NCBI GenBank assembly: GCA_001244265.2
Contig: LN717261.1
Location: 930,001-994,000 of the forward strand
Direction of reading: 5' to 3'
Source: Microbotryum violaceum
Taxonomy: Eukaryota
DNA length: 64,000 bases
A program made the position numbers and the translations under genes. The notes beneath the pieces were generated by a model, which saw only the letters and a program-made list of their open reading frames with translations, made no database searches and was not told the DNA's origin. Positions 32,978 through 45,844 of the stretch are shown here, one piece after another. Each line of letters starts with the position of its first letter. Within the stretch, counting starts at the first letter, position 1.

Positions 32978-35900
32978 TCAGGGAGCACAGACACCAAGTC
33001 GGCCGCGGTGCTGAGCAAAGAGGTCACGAGACAAGGCCTTGGTGAAGATATCCGCCGTCATCTCGCTGGTGGCAATGTATTGGACGACGATGTCGCCCAT
33101 GGAGACCATATCCCGGACAAAGTGTTCGCGAAGCCGAATGTGTCGAGTGCGAGCATGGAAGACCGGGTTTTTGGTGAGAGCATTGACACCCTGATTGTCG
33201 CCGTAGATGAGGACGGGCTGTGAAGAAGGGAGACCAAGCTCACCAAAGAGTTGACGTAGGAAAATGGCCTCCTTGCCGGCGTGGGACAGAGCGAGGTACT
33301 CGGCGTCGCAAGTGGAGTCGGCGACGCGTGACTGTAGACGGGAGGACCAGGAGACGGCGGCACCTGCGTAGGTAAAGTTGTAGCCCATAGTCGATCTGGA
33401 GGATAAGAGGCATGCACCCCAATTGCAGTCCGAGTAGCCGACCAAGGGAGCCGGATCACCACGGGTGTAGCGTAAGCCGTGAGATAGGGTGCCGGCAACG
33501 TAGCGGAAGGCGTGCTTGATCGCACCCCAGGCAGCAGCAGACGGTGAACGAGAGAAGCGAGCCAGATATCCGACGGTGTAGGCGAGGTCGGGACGTGTAC
33601 CGGTAGAAGCATACATAAGAGAGCCGATCGCTTGCAGGTACCGAGTTCGATCCGGGAATGGGGTGGGTTGGAGTTCGACTTCGAGGCGGAGATCGGGCTG
33701 CATGGGTGTGGCGACAGAGTGAGCATCGGACATACCGAAGCGAGCAAGAACGTCCTTGAGGTACTGCTCCTGACTGAGAGTGATGGAGCCGTCGTTGGAG
33801 CGCCGAATTTGGATGCCGAGGATGTATTCTGCCTGACCAAGTCGTTTGACGCCGTAACGCTGCTCGAGACCATGGAGGGTACGCTCGATCTCTGGGAGAG
33901 AAGGGCTGATCATGAGCAAGTCGTCAACGTAGAGCGCAATATAGTGACGCTCATCACCGGCCGCCCGAACGTAAACGCAGTGGTCCGACTCCGTGGCGGT
34001 GTAGCGAGAGCCGACAAGGCAGAGTCGATCTCGTCGTTCCAAATACGTCCAGCCTGGCGCAAGCCGTAGAGAGAGCGGTGCAGCTGGAGAACCTTGCCCG
34101 GCATGTAGACTCCATCGGGTACGCGAATGTAGAGTGGCTTGTCCAATTTACCGTGGAGGTAGGCCTTGTCAATGTCGGCCTGATGAATGTGGTAACCATG
34201 GACGGCTGCGAGGGCGAGGAGTGCGCGAATGGATGTGAACTTAGCGACGGGTGCGAAGGTCTCGTCAAAATCGATGCCCGAGCGCTGAGAGTCGCCACGG
34301 GCAACAAGTCGGCCTTTGTAAGACTTGACCTGACCGTGCTGGTCGCGTTTTGTACGGAAGACGAATCGAGAGCCGAGGATCCTAGCATCTGCAGGCACGA
34401 GGGACTCATCAATTGGTGTGAAAGCGGAGAAATCGCGAGAAAGTGAGTCGAATTCGGCCTGGGCAGCGAGACGCCACTCGTCAGCTTGAGGGGTTGCCAT
34501 GGCAGCACGCCAGTGAGGGGGATCCCGGGCGGGCGCGATCAGTTCCGTCGAGTCCGTAGGCGCGGTGTTGAGCAAGGCGACGGCGCCGGAGGCAAGGTGG
34601 GCGACAGGTGGAGGCGAGTGGAGGGCGTCGTCCAGGTCGTCGGGGAATTCAGGTGCGAGACAGACGGAAGCGATATCACCCGAGCGTGGCAAGAGGTCGA
34701 TAGGGTCGGGGGACTCGGATCGAGCGGGCGAGGACGGCGCGGGCAACGGACGTGGCACCACCGGTCGAGGGGATGGACAAGGTGTGGAGATTGCCGAGTC
34801 GGAGCTGCCCTGGTCAGAGGCGTGGGTGTCGGGGGAGTCCTGGTCAGGGAGGCCACCCGTACGGTTGATGAGGGAGCCTTGGTCAGAGGCAGGAAGAGAG
34901 CCTTGGTCAGAGGCAGGAAGAGAGCCTTGGTCAGAGGCAGGAGAGCCTTGGTCAGAGGCAGGGCGCGCGCGTGAGTCCTGGTCAGGGAGGACGCGGGCGG
35001 GAGTGGACGGCGCGGGCCTTGGTCAAAGGCAGCGGGCGCGGGTCCTGGGGCTTGGCGCGAGGCGCCAGAGAGTGAGGGGAAGCAACGAGCGACGGCTCAG
35101 AGTGGTCTACCTGGTCGGGGTGAATGTCGGCGGCCACAGGAAGTGGAGTGGTGCCAGTGTGGGTGTCGGCCACGCTCTGCAAGGCAGGGAACTCGGATTC
35201 ACGAAAGACGACGTTGCGACTGAGGAGGATTTTGCGTGTAGCCGGGTCGAATAGGCGATACGCCTTCGCGTGGTCGTCGAGCCCTACGAACATGAGCGGC
35301 ACAGCCTTGGGATCGAGGGCGGTGCGCTTAACCGAGGGAAGGTAGTGCCACGCACGACAACCGAAGGCATGTAATGAGGATACATCCGGTGCAATGCCAT
35401 ACCAACGAGTGTCAGGGATATCACCGCGAATGCCTGCGTGCGGCATCAAGTTCTTGCAGTGTACGAAGTACGTGGCGGCCTCGGCCCAGAGGCGCGTGTC
35501 AGCACCTGCCGAGTAGAGTAAAGCAAGGATACCCTCTTTGATGGTGCGGTTGGTGCGTTCAACACGTCCGTTTTGTTGAGGGGTGTACAGAATAGTGAGC
35601 TCGCGACGTATACCCTTGGCCACACAGAAATCGACAAAGTTCCGAAGAGTGAACTCGCCACCATTGTCGGAGCAAATAGTCTTTACCCGGTCACCCGTGA
35701 CGTTCTCTACCTCAAGAATCCAGGCGCGGAGACGGTGAAAGACGTCACTTTTGTGAGTGAGGAGGATGCACCAATGTTTGCGGGTGTAGTCGTCGACAAT
35801 CACAAGCATGTAGCGATGACCGCCGAAGCTGGCCCGAGGCATTTGGGCGACGTCGACGTGGACGAGGTCCAGGCGGCCGGACGCAATGGACTTGGAACGA

Positions 35901-36132
35901 GCAAAAGGGAGGGCATGCGCTTTGGAAGCGAGACAAGCATTGCAATTGAAAGACCTAACCTCTTCCTCTGAATATACCCAATCCACCCCAGTGACCAAAC
36001 CTTTCTGCACGACGCTCTTGAGTTGCGCGACGGGTAAATGCGCGAAGCGACGGTGCATAGTCAGTAAGGAAACTCTGTGAGGGGTGGCTAGGAGGGCATT
36101 GGGCATACAGGGTGAGGGTGCGACAGTTAACG
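32978..36132 (-). CDS. Family C pol (IN-RT-RNase H), split by two frameshifts
   Basis: ORFs 34982-36106, 33910-34761, 32978-34042 with HRRFAH..CNAC, SDNGGEF, YVDDLL, ADIFTK. Confidence 0.9.
34800..34990 (-). repeat. Tandem CTGACCA(A/G)GG repeats in the family C IN-RT linker
   Basis: GCCTCTGACCAAGGCTCTCTTCCT-like 21-24 bp units; dispersed equivalents in family A at 5205-5455 and 41948-42195. Confidence 0.8.
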
Positions 36133-36474
36133 TGTGAGAGTTACAACTCTCTGTACTTCCTTCTCACATCATCTCCCTCTTTCTGTCTTGTCCTCTCTGT
36201 GATTTTTGGCCTGTCCTTCACCCTGCTCTATCATCACTGGGCTTGGTCTGTGCACCTGCATCAAGTGCACGGACCTAGTCACTCTCTGCCTGGCTCCCCT
36301 TGCCTCTAGGCTGGGTCCGTGCGCTTGGCACTGGGGCACGGACCTGGTTGCGCACTTGCCCCAGCCAACTGGCTCCGCGCTTCTCACTCTCCTGCTCAAG
36401 CAACTTCATTGGTCTGGTCTCCCTGGTCCGTCGATCAGAGACTCACCACCGCTTGAGCAGTTGTGTGGTTCATA
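36133..36474 (+). repeat. Family C LTR, short form (342 bp), followed by PBS GGTTATAAGCC
   Basis: Same as 32474-32959 minus exactly 144 bp. Confidence 0.9.
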
Positions 36475-36588
36475 GGTTATAAGCCACAACAAGCTACCAG
36501 CGCGGTCACCTCCGTGCCCGCCCTCGTCGTTTTTTTTTTTTTCGCGCTTCGCACGACTCAGCCTCGCCCTGCACCCTGCACGCCTGGC

Positions 36589-37854
36589 ATGTCCGACGAC
36601 GCCAAGTCCTCAACGCTCGCGTCCCCCACCGCGCCCTCCCACACAGGTCGCAGCCTTCGCTGCTTCCGACCTTCTGCGCGACACCAACGGCTATCAAGAC
36701 TGGGTCCTGACGCTATGCTCCCGTCTGCCCTCCGACGTTATCGACTACCTTCAGTCTGGCGTCCCTTCGTCGTCCTGGCCGCCATCTTACGTTTCATTAT
36801 GGGATCACTACGCCCGCGCCTCGATCTGCGCCGCCGTCGACCCTCGGATGGTTCTTCCCGGCCTCTCGCAATACTTCGGCGACCCTCGCAGCGGTCACAA
36901 GATTTGGGTAGCTCTGCGCATGCGATATGGCGCTGTTTCGGCGGTCGATCTTCTCCCTGTCATCTCTCGACTCTTCAGTCCCAACCCTATGCCCGACACC
37001 GTCGACGAGTTCCTTCAGTTTCGCGACCGATTCGAGAACGACTCCCGCCTCCTCGACGACTCAAAGGTGACGACGGACTCCCTACTAGCGTCACACTTGC
37101 TCGCCCGGATGCCCTCCTCCCTCTCCGCCTGGCGCACTACGTTTGTCAATTCTCAGGGCACATCCCGTACACTGCCCCTGCCGCCGAGATCCTCGACCGT
37201 ATCTACCGCGAGATCAAGGCTCGTTCGGTCGACTCCCCCGTTGCCGCCACTACCACCTCTCAGCAACGCGTTCCCCATAGCCCTTGCCCCAACCCCTCTT
37301 GCCGAAAGATGCACTGGCTTCGGGACTGTCCCGACACCGCCTGGGCCGCCGCCTTCCGCGCCCGCAAGGCTGCCGCCGGAGCGACTTCGCGAAATCACAA
37401 GAAGGGTTCCCGCGCCGTCGCCTCTCCTGCCGTCACCTCCCCTGCCGTCGACGAGACGTCAGAACCCGCCACCTTCACAGCGTGCCTCCTCGCCACCCCG
37501 TCTTCCTTTCCTAAGTCGGCTTGGCTCCTCGACTCCGGCGCTAATCGCCACATGGCCAACGACAGCCAGCTCTTCTCCACCCTCCGGCCGTTCGCTGGCC
37601 CGCACGTTGCTGGAGTTGCCGGTTCTCTTCCGTCCACCGGTTGTGCCTCCGTCTGCCTCTCGACGTCAGCTGGCCCCGTTGTAGCGACCGACGTCCTCTT
37701 GGTACCTTCGCTCCCGTGCAACTTATTATCGGTCCGCCGTCTGGATCGACTCGGCTTCACCACCTCCTTCGGTTCCGGCCGCGCCACGATCCGCAACTCC
37801 TCAGGCACCGTCGTCGCCACGGCACAAGCAATCGCAAATGACCTATACGCGTTA
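36589..37854 (+). pseudogene. Family C gag-protease (inverted relative to its pol)
   Basis: MSDDAKSS start, CPNPSCRKMHWLRDC, WLLDSGANRHM; ends at target site CGTTA. Confidence 0.88.
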
Positions 37855-38141
37855 TATGAACCACACACCTGCTCAAGCGGTGGTGAGGACGGGAGCATAG
37901 CGTCAGGACCCAGTCTTGATAGCCGTTGGTGTCGCGCAGAAGGTCGGAAGCAGCGAAGGCTGCGACCTGTGTGGGAGGGCGCGGTGGGGGACCGCGAGCG
38001 TTGAGGACTTGGCGTCGTCGGACATGCCAGGCGTGCAGGGTGCAGGGCGAGGCTGAGTCGTGCGAAGCGCGAAAAAAAAACAAAAACGACGAGGGCGGGC
38101 ACGGAGGTGACCGCGCTGGTAGCTTGTTGTGGCTTATAACC

Positions 38142-38483
38142 TATGAACCACACAACTGCTCAAGCGGTGGTGAGTCTCTGATCGACGGACCAGGGAGACC
38201 AGACCAATGAAGTTGCTTGAGCAGGAGAGTGAGAAGCGCGGAGCCAGTTGGCTGGGGCAAGTGCGCAACCAGGTCCGTGCCCCAGTGCCAAGCGCACGGA
38301 CCCAGCCTAGAGGCAAGGGGAGCCAGGCAGAGAGTGACTAGGTCCGTGCACTTGATGCAGGTGCACAGACCAAGCCCAGTGATGATAGAGCAGGGTGAAG
38401 GACAGGCCAAAAATCACAGAGAGGACAAGACAGAAAGAGGGAGATGATGTGAGAAGGAAGTACAGAGAGTTGTAACTCTCACA
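38142..38483 (-). repeat. Family C 5' LTR, short form (342 bp), with PBS and about 250 bp of leader/gag to 37888
   Basis: Reverse complement of 36133-36474. Confidence 0.9.
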
Positions 38484-39166
38484 GTGTTGCGAGTTGGCGG
38501 TTGAGTTCGCCGTGTCGGCCTTTTTGCCGTTCTCGAGAGCCTGTTTGCAGTCGAAAGACCCGTGATTCTGCTTGCAGGAGCGACAGGGTCCTGCGGCGGG
38601 TGTTTGGCTCTCACAGGGCACTCCGCCACACAGTGCGAAGGGCTGCGACAGGCGAGACACTTGGGACGGGTAGGACGTGACGACGACGAGGCAAGAAGGG
38701 CCGATTGGGTGCTGGAGACGTTGGTGGACCGGAGTTGAACACGCATGCGGTCGGCGAGCGAATCAATGACGGGGAGAGCTCGTTGAGTGCGCTGTTCATC
38801 GGTGAACGACGCCTTGAAACTCTCGAGGGACGGGTGAGCGATGGCGAGGAGGAGTGTGGCGAGAACATCGTTGATCGTGGTATTCGTATCGATGATTTCT
38901 TGCGCAATAGCTTTGAACTCCATGATCCAGCCGTCAAATTCGCCAACGGTGCCGGGCATGGGCCGGAAACTCCACAGTTGGGAGAAGAGCTCGAGCGTGC
39001 GAGTGGCGTCGTCAGGAGCATACCGCGATTTCAGCGTCGAGTACATTTTGGGCGCTGTGAGGTCAGCGGTAGGGATTGCGTCGAGGACTGCCGAGACTTC
39101 GGCCGAGTCGATCGAGTTTGCAAGAAGCTCACGTGCCACGACATCGCGGGCAGAGCGGTGCGAAGG
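38484..39166 (-). pseudogene. Family B gag fragment
   Basis: ORF 38414-39193 matches gag at 13932 onward. Confidence 0.85.
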
Positions 39167-39169
39167 TAC

Positions 39170-42100
39170 TGTGAGATCAAATATCTCCTTCATGTCCTTC
39201 TTGTATCTTGTACCTACCTCAACATCCTCCTCTCTTCGTTTTGATCACTTTTGGCCTACTTTTCACCACCTTAGCTCTCCCACTCTGGGCCTGGTCTCTG
39301 CACCTGGGCCAGGTCCGTGCGCCTGACTTTGGCTGGGCTGACTTGGGCCCAGCCAAATGGCCCCACTCTGGTTTCTCTCCTGCTCAAGCAACTTCTTGGT
39401 CTGGTCTCCCTCGGTCCTTCGATCAGAGACTTACCACCGCTTGAGCAGGTGAGCACTACTCTTCCTATCATCTTTCACCCCTCTAGATGTGGTAACTTAC
39501 TGTAGTGCTTGAGCAGGTGTGTAAAAAGCAACTTCTTGGTCTGGTCTCCCTCGGTCCTTCGATCAGAGACTTACCACCGCTTGAGCAGGTGTGCGTGACA
39601 ACGTCATAGGTTATTAGCCCAACCGAGCTACCAGTGCGGCCACCTCTGTGCCCGCCCTTCGCTCTATTTTTTCACCCTTCGCAACATGTCCGACGCCGGC
39701 GCCTCCGCGCCTGAAGCCAAGCTCCGCGAGCCCACGCCCGATGCGCCGCCCTTGCGCCCGCCCACCCACTCTGCGGCCTTCGCAACGACCGAGCTGCTTC
39801 GCAACTCGTCCGGCTACCGAGACTGGGTCCTCGCCATCCGTTCACGCCTGCCCTCCGGCGTCGTCCGTTACCTCAACACGGGCGTACCACTCGAGTCTTG
39901 GCCTGCTTCGTATGTCCCTCTCTGGGACCACTACGCCTGCTCCTCCATTTGCGCCTCCGTCGATTCGCAAACTGTCCTCCCGGGCCTGTCACCTTACCTC
40001 GACGAATCGCTCGCAGCACCCAAGGTCTGGCAGGCACTTCGCGAACGCTACGGCACCGTCTCTGCTGTCGATCTGCTACCGGTCATCCAACGCCTCTTCA
40101 GCTCCGACCCTGTGCCCGTCACTCCCGACCTGTTCCTGCAATTCCGCGGCAGTTTCGAAAACAACGCCCGGCTGCTGCAGGACTCGCAGGTCACCGTGAA
40201 CGCCCTTCTCGCCTCGCACTTGCTTGCTCGCCTTCCTTCGTCCTTCGACGCCTGGCGCACCACCTTCGTTGCTGACCAGGGCGATTCCACTGCGATGCCC
40301 TCCGCCACCGAGATCTTCACGCGCCTTTACCGCGATGTCAAAGCCCGCCCCGTCGATACTCCTGTTGCCGCCGTCGCCACCCGCAGGCCCGCCGCGGCTG
40401 TTCCAGGCCGTGCCCAAATCCGTCTTGTCGCAAGTTGCACTGGCTCCGGGAATGCCCCGACACCGCCTGGGCCGCCGCCTACCGAGCTTGTCGCACCGCC
40501 GAGAAGAAGGCCTCCCAGCCAGTCGCGTCACCAGCCGCAGTGGACACACCCAACTCTGTGTCGTTCACGGCCTGTCTCCTCGCAACACCTTCGCCATTTC
40601 GCAAATCGGCTTGGCTTCTTGACTCGGGCGCTAATCGCCATATGACGAACGACAGGGGCCTTTTTTCCGAGCTTCGCACGGTCGCAGGCCCACGAGTTGG
40701 AGGCGTCGCCGGCTCCCTCCCTTCCACCGGCTGTGGCACCATTTGCATCCAGACTTCAACGGGTCCCATCACTGTGTCCAATGTCCTCCTGGTACCGGAT
40801 CTCCCATGCAACCTGCTGTCCGTCTTCCAGTTGGATCAACTTGGCTACCGCGTCTCCTTCGCATCTCGTTGTGCAAGCATCGCCCGTCCCTCGGGTGCCG
40901 TTGTCGCTACCGCTCAAGCCATCGGAACAACCTGTACGCCTTGGCACTTGGACCTACACCCTGTACGCCCACAGCCCTCCTCGCCATCCCTACCAAAGTG
41001 TCCTTGCTGACTCTGCACCGTCGCCTCGCGCACTTGCCCGTTGCGCAAATCAAAAACGTTGTGCAGAAAGGCTTGGTTACTGGGGTGGATTGGGTGTATA
41101 AGGATCAGGAGCTCCGGGATTTTTACTGCAATGCTTGTCTCGCTTCCAAAGCGCATGCCCTCCCTTTGCCCGGTCCAAGTCCATTGCCTCTGGCCGCCTG
41201 GATCTCCTCCATGTCGATGTAGCGCAAATGCCTCGCCCTACATTTGGTGGACATCGGTACATGCTGGTCATCATTGATGACTTCTCACGCAAGCACTGGT
41301 GTCTCCTCCTGGCACTCAAAAGTGACGTCTTCCTCGCCTTCGCGACTGGATCCTTGAAGTCGAGAATGCCACCGGCACCAAGGTGAAGACCATCCGCTCT
41401 GACAATGGAGGCAAGTTCACTCTGCGCAACTTTGTCGACTTCTGTGCAAGCAAAGGCATTCGTCGGGAACTCACCATCCCTTACACTCCCAACAAAATGG
41501 GCGTGTCGAGCGCAGCAATCGCACCATCAAGGAGGGCATCCTTGCTCTGCTCTACTCCTCCGGCGCTGATTCACGCCTCTGGGGTGAGGCTGCCTTGTAC
41601 TACGTGCACTGCAAAAACCTGATGCCTCACGCCGGCATTGGTGGTGAAATCCCCGACACCCGTTGGCACGGCTTTGCGCCTGATATCTCCACCCTTCGCG
41701 CATTTGGCTGCCGCGCTTGGCACCACCTTCCCTCGGCCAAGCGCACGGACCTTGACCCCAAGGCTGTACCCCTCCTGTTCGTTGGTTTTGACCACCATGC
41801 CAAGGCTTTCCGACTCTTCGAGCCGTCCACGCGCAGGATACAACTCAGCCGCAATGTTGTCTTCCGTGAATCCGAGTTCCCTGCACTCCGGCCAGCCACC
41901 GACGTTCGCGCTGAACCAATCCCACTCCCCGTCACTGTTGACGCATACCCTGACCAGGTAGACCCCCTTGAGCCTTCGCTTGTTGCTTCCCCTCGCTCAC
42001 TCGCGCCTCACCCTGAGCCACCTCGACCCGTGCCGGCAGCCCCTGACCAGGGCCCGCACCGTCCCGCCCCTGCCTGCGAGGTCGCTGACCAGGACTCACT

Positions 42101-44807
42101 CGCACCCCCTGCCCCTGACCAAGGCTCCCCTGCTTGTGAGCTCCCTGACCCGGAATCACCTGCATCAAGCGCCTCTGACCAAGGTAGCTCTGACTCGGCC
42201 ATCTCCACGCCTTGTCCTTCCCGCGCCCCGTGGCCTCCCGTGCGTTGCCAGCGCCACCCTCACCCGCTCGGTCCGACTCCCCGGACCCGATCGATCTCCT
42301 GCCACGCCCACGCGATGTTGCTTTGCTATGCCAGGCGCAGGAGTTTCCCGACGACGTGGATGACGCACTCCACTCACCCTCTGCCGTGGCCTACCTTGCC
42401 TCTGGCGCTGCCGCCCTCATTGAGAGCTCGCCCGCCGACCCTGCGGAACTGATTGCCCCCGCTCGCGACCCACCTCACTGGCGAGCGGCCATGGCCACTC
42501 CTCAAGCGGATGAATGGCGTCTTGCGGCCCGCGACGAGTTTGACTCACTCTTGCGAGATTTTTCGGCGTTCACACGATTGACGAGTCCCTTGTCCCAGCA
42601 GACGCCAAAGTCCTGGCTCCCGCTTTGTCTTCCGCACCAAACGCGACCAGCATGGCCAAGTCAAGTCCTACAAGGGCCGTCTCGTTGCTCGTGGTGACTC
42701 CCAACGCTCTGGCATTGACTTTGACGAGACCTTTGCACCCGTGGCCAAATTCACCTCCATCCGCGCACTCCTGGCTCTTGCTGCTGCTCATGGGTACCAC
42801 GTCCACCAGGCCGACATCGACAAAGCCTACCTGCACGACAAACTCGACGCACCCCTGTACAATTGTGTGCCTGATGGCATCTACATGCCAGGCAAGGTCC
42901 TCCAACTGCATCGGTCCCTCTATGGTTTGCGCCAGGCCGGTCGCATCTGGATATTCGATCAACTCTACTACGTCAGCAATGTAGTTATAGCCAAGAGTGA
43001 TGAATCATTTCAACATACCTATTCGATCAACTCTACTACGTCAGCAATGTAGTTATAGCCAAGAGTGATGAATAGGAAGCTAACAGTGAATGAGCCGCGC
43101 GCCCCAATTTCTCAGCCAGTGAGCCTCAGGGCTGACCCAATAGGCCAGGCTCGTTCCGCGCGCCTAAGTCCGGAGCCATTTCGCCCGGCTCGCTCCGCGC
43201 GCCTAAGTCCCGACCTGATGCGCCCGGCTCGCTCCGCGCGCCTAAGTCCCGAGCCGAGGCGCCAGGCTCGCTCCGCGCGCATAGGTCCGTGCGCGATGCG
43301 CCCGGCTCGCTCCGCGCGCCTAAGTCCTGGACCGAGCGGAGAGTGCATTCCTCACACTGGAACGACGAGATTGACTCTGCCTTGTCCGCACTCGGCTACG
43401 TCGCCACCGAATCCGACCACTGCGTCTACGTCAGGACAACGGGTGATGTGCACCACTACATTGCGCTCTATGTCGACGACCTGCTCATGATCAGCCCCTC
43501 TCTCCCTGAGATTGAGCGTACCCTTCAGGGTCTTGAGCAGCGCTATGGTGTCAAACGGCTCGGTGAGGCAGAATACGTCCTCGGCATCCAGATCCGGCGC
43601 TCTCCAGACGGTTCCATCTCTCTGAGTCAGGAACAATACCTCAAGGACGTCCTTGCCCGATTTGGAATGTCCGATGCCCATCCCGTTGCCACGCCCATGC
43701 AGCCCGATCTCCGCCTCGAAGTCGAGCTGCAGCCCACCCCATTCCCGGATCGCACTCGGTACCTGCAGGCCATTGGTTCCCTTATGTACGCGTCCACTGG
43801 TACTCGGCCCGACCTGGCTTACACCGTCGGTTACTTGGCTCGCTTCTCTCACTCACCTTCCGCTGCTGCTTGGGGAGCTGTCAAACACGCCTTCCGTTAC
43901 CTCGCTGGCACTCTTTCTCACGGCTTACGCTACGCTCGTGGAATCCGGCACCGCTCTTGGGCTACTCCGACTGCAACTGGGGTGCATGCGTCCTCTCTTC
44001 CAAGTCGACCATGGGTTACACTTTCGTCTATGCAGGTGCTGCCGTCTCATGGTCCTCCCGGCTTCAATCGCGCGTTGCTGACTCCACTTGTGACGCCGAG
44101 TACCTCGCACTGTCACACGCTGGTAAGGAGGCAATCTTTCTGTGTCAGCTCTTTGGTGAGCTTGGCCTTTCGTCTTCAAAGCCCGTCCTCATCTACGGCA
44201 ACAACCAAGGCGCCAATGCTCTCACCAAGAATCCGGTATTTCATGCTCGGACTCGGCACATCCGCCTGCGCGAACACTTCGTCCGGATATGGTTTCCATG
44301 GGCGACATTGTCGTCCAGTACATCAACACTGGTGAGATGACAGCGGACATCTTCACCAAAGCATTGTCACGCGACCTCTTTGCTTGGCACCGCGGTCGAC
44401 TCGGTATCTGTGCTCCCTGATACTCGAAGTAGGGGGGGTGTGAGATCAAATATCTCCTTCATGTCCTTCTTGTATCTTGTACCTACCTCAACATCCTCCT
44501 CTCTTCGTTTGATCACTTTTGGCCTACTTTTCACCACCTTAGCTCTCCCACTCTGGGCCTGGTCTCTGCACCTGGGCCAGGTCCGTGCGCCTGACTTTGG
44601 CTGGGCTGACTTGGCCCAGCCAAATGGCCCCACTCTGGTTTCTCTCCTGCTCAAGCAACTTCTTGGTCTGGTCTCCCTCGGTCCTTCGATCAGAGACTTA
44701 CCACCGCTTGAGCAGGTGTGTAAAAAGCAACTTCTTGGTCTGGTCTCCCTCGGTCCTTCGATCAGAGACTTACCACCGCTTGAGCAGGTGTGCGTGACAA
44801 CATCACA
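39170..44807 (+). mobile_element. Full-length family A element (LTRs 39170-39608 and 44439-44807) carrying a solo D LTR
   Basis: Matching TSD GGTAC; PBS GGTTATTAGCCC at 39609-39620; gag ATG 39686; pol stop about 44420; PPT 44431-44438. Confidence 0.92.
42952..43356 (-). repeat. Solo family D LTR (two modules)
   Basis: Matching TSD CTGGA inside family A RT. Confidence 0.93.
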
Positions 44808-45393
44808 GGTACTTGCCACTCACGTGCTTGCCATGGTCCCATCATGCCTTGACAGCTTCCGACTCACGTTCACGGACGAGCAACGCAACCAACGCGACCT
44901 TCCCGAGCTGACGACGCTGACCGACCGCATTCGCGTCCAACTTCGTTCGGTGGGACTCTCCACCTCGCACTCGGCCATGCTTGCTACCGCCTCCCTCTGC
45001 CCCGCCTGCCGCCCCCGGTCACCGCCTTCGTGACTGCACCTCACGCGCTCAACACCCCCCACCGGCCCCTGCCGTCGCTGCCACAAGAAGGGTCACTGGC
45101 CCTCGACTGCAAACCGAGAGGCGACCAAAAACAAACCGGCGACGACAACCAGGACAACACACCCTCATCGGCGGCTCAACAACCAAATGTCGGCTATTTC
45201 GCCTCCTGCCTGCTCGCTCGCCGCCATCTCCCGACCGACGCCTTCGTCGTCGACTCGGGCGCCACGACACACATGGTCGCCGATCGCTCGCTGTTCACGG
45301 CTTATCGTCAGACGGCGCACACCAGGGTCGGCGGTATCGCAGGCGGCATCACGGCCATTTGCATGGGGGACGTGGCGTTCATTACCAAGACCG
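44808..45393 (+). pseudogene. Family D gag C-terminus/protease fragment
   Basis: [12 protein letters not shown]..., [11 protein letters not shown]; closest to 59940-60520. Confidence 0.82.
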
Positions 45394-45844
45394 TGTGACA
45401 AGTCCACTCTCAGCTCGGCAGAGGCGCCTCGGTCGTTGCGCGCACCCGCTAGCCCCCCCCCTGCGCTGGGGACTTAGACGCGCGCGACTGACTCAGCGCG
45501 CCAGCGCCGGTGGATCCGTGCGCGTGCCCACTAGGCCGCCCCCTTGCGGTGGGGACTTAGGCGCGCGCGAGTGCCTTAGCGCGCTAGCAACTTCACCCGC
45601 GACTGGGCCTATCTCAGCGCGGGCCCCCTTTCAGTTTCTTAGCTTCCCTCTCACCACTTCTGTTCAACAATGAACCTCTCCTGACAGTAGTGGTGATCGT
45701 CTCATAGGTATGCTGAAATAGACCACTTCTGTTCAACAATGAACCTCTCCTGACAGTAGTGGTGATTGTCTCATAGGTATGCTGAAATAGACCACTTCTG
45801 TTCAACAATCGACCTCTCCTGACAGTAGTGGTGATTGTCTCATA
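45394..45844 (+). repeat. Family B 5' LTR with three terminal modules, PBS at 45845-45856
   Basis: Module ACCACTTCTG...GTCTCATA x3 separated by GGTATGCTGAAATAG. Confidence 0.92.

Larger units (their letters stand above)
32474..38483 (-). mobile_element. Composite family C element with internal inversion, inserted into family B gag-pol
   Basis: Matching TSD GTGTT at 32469-32473 and 38484-38488. Confidence 0.88.
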
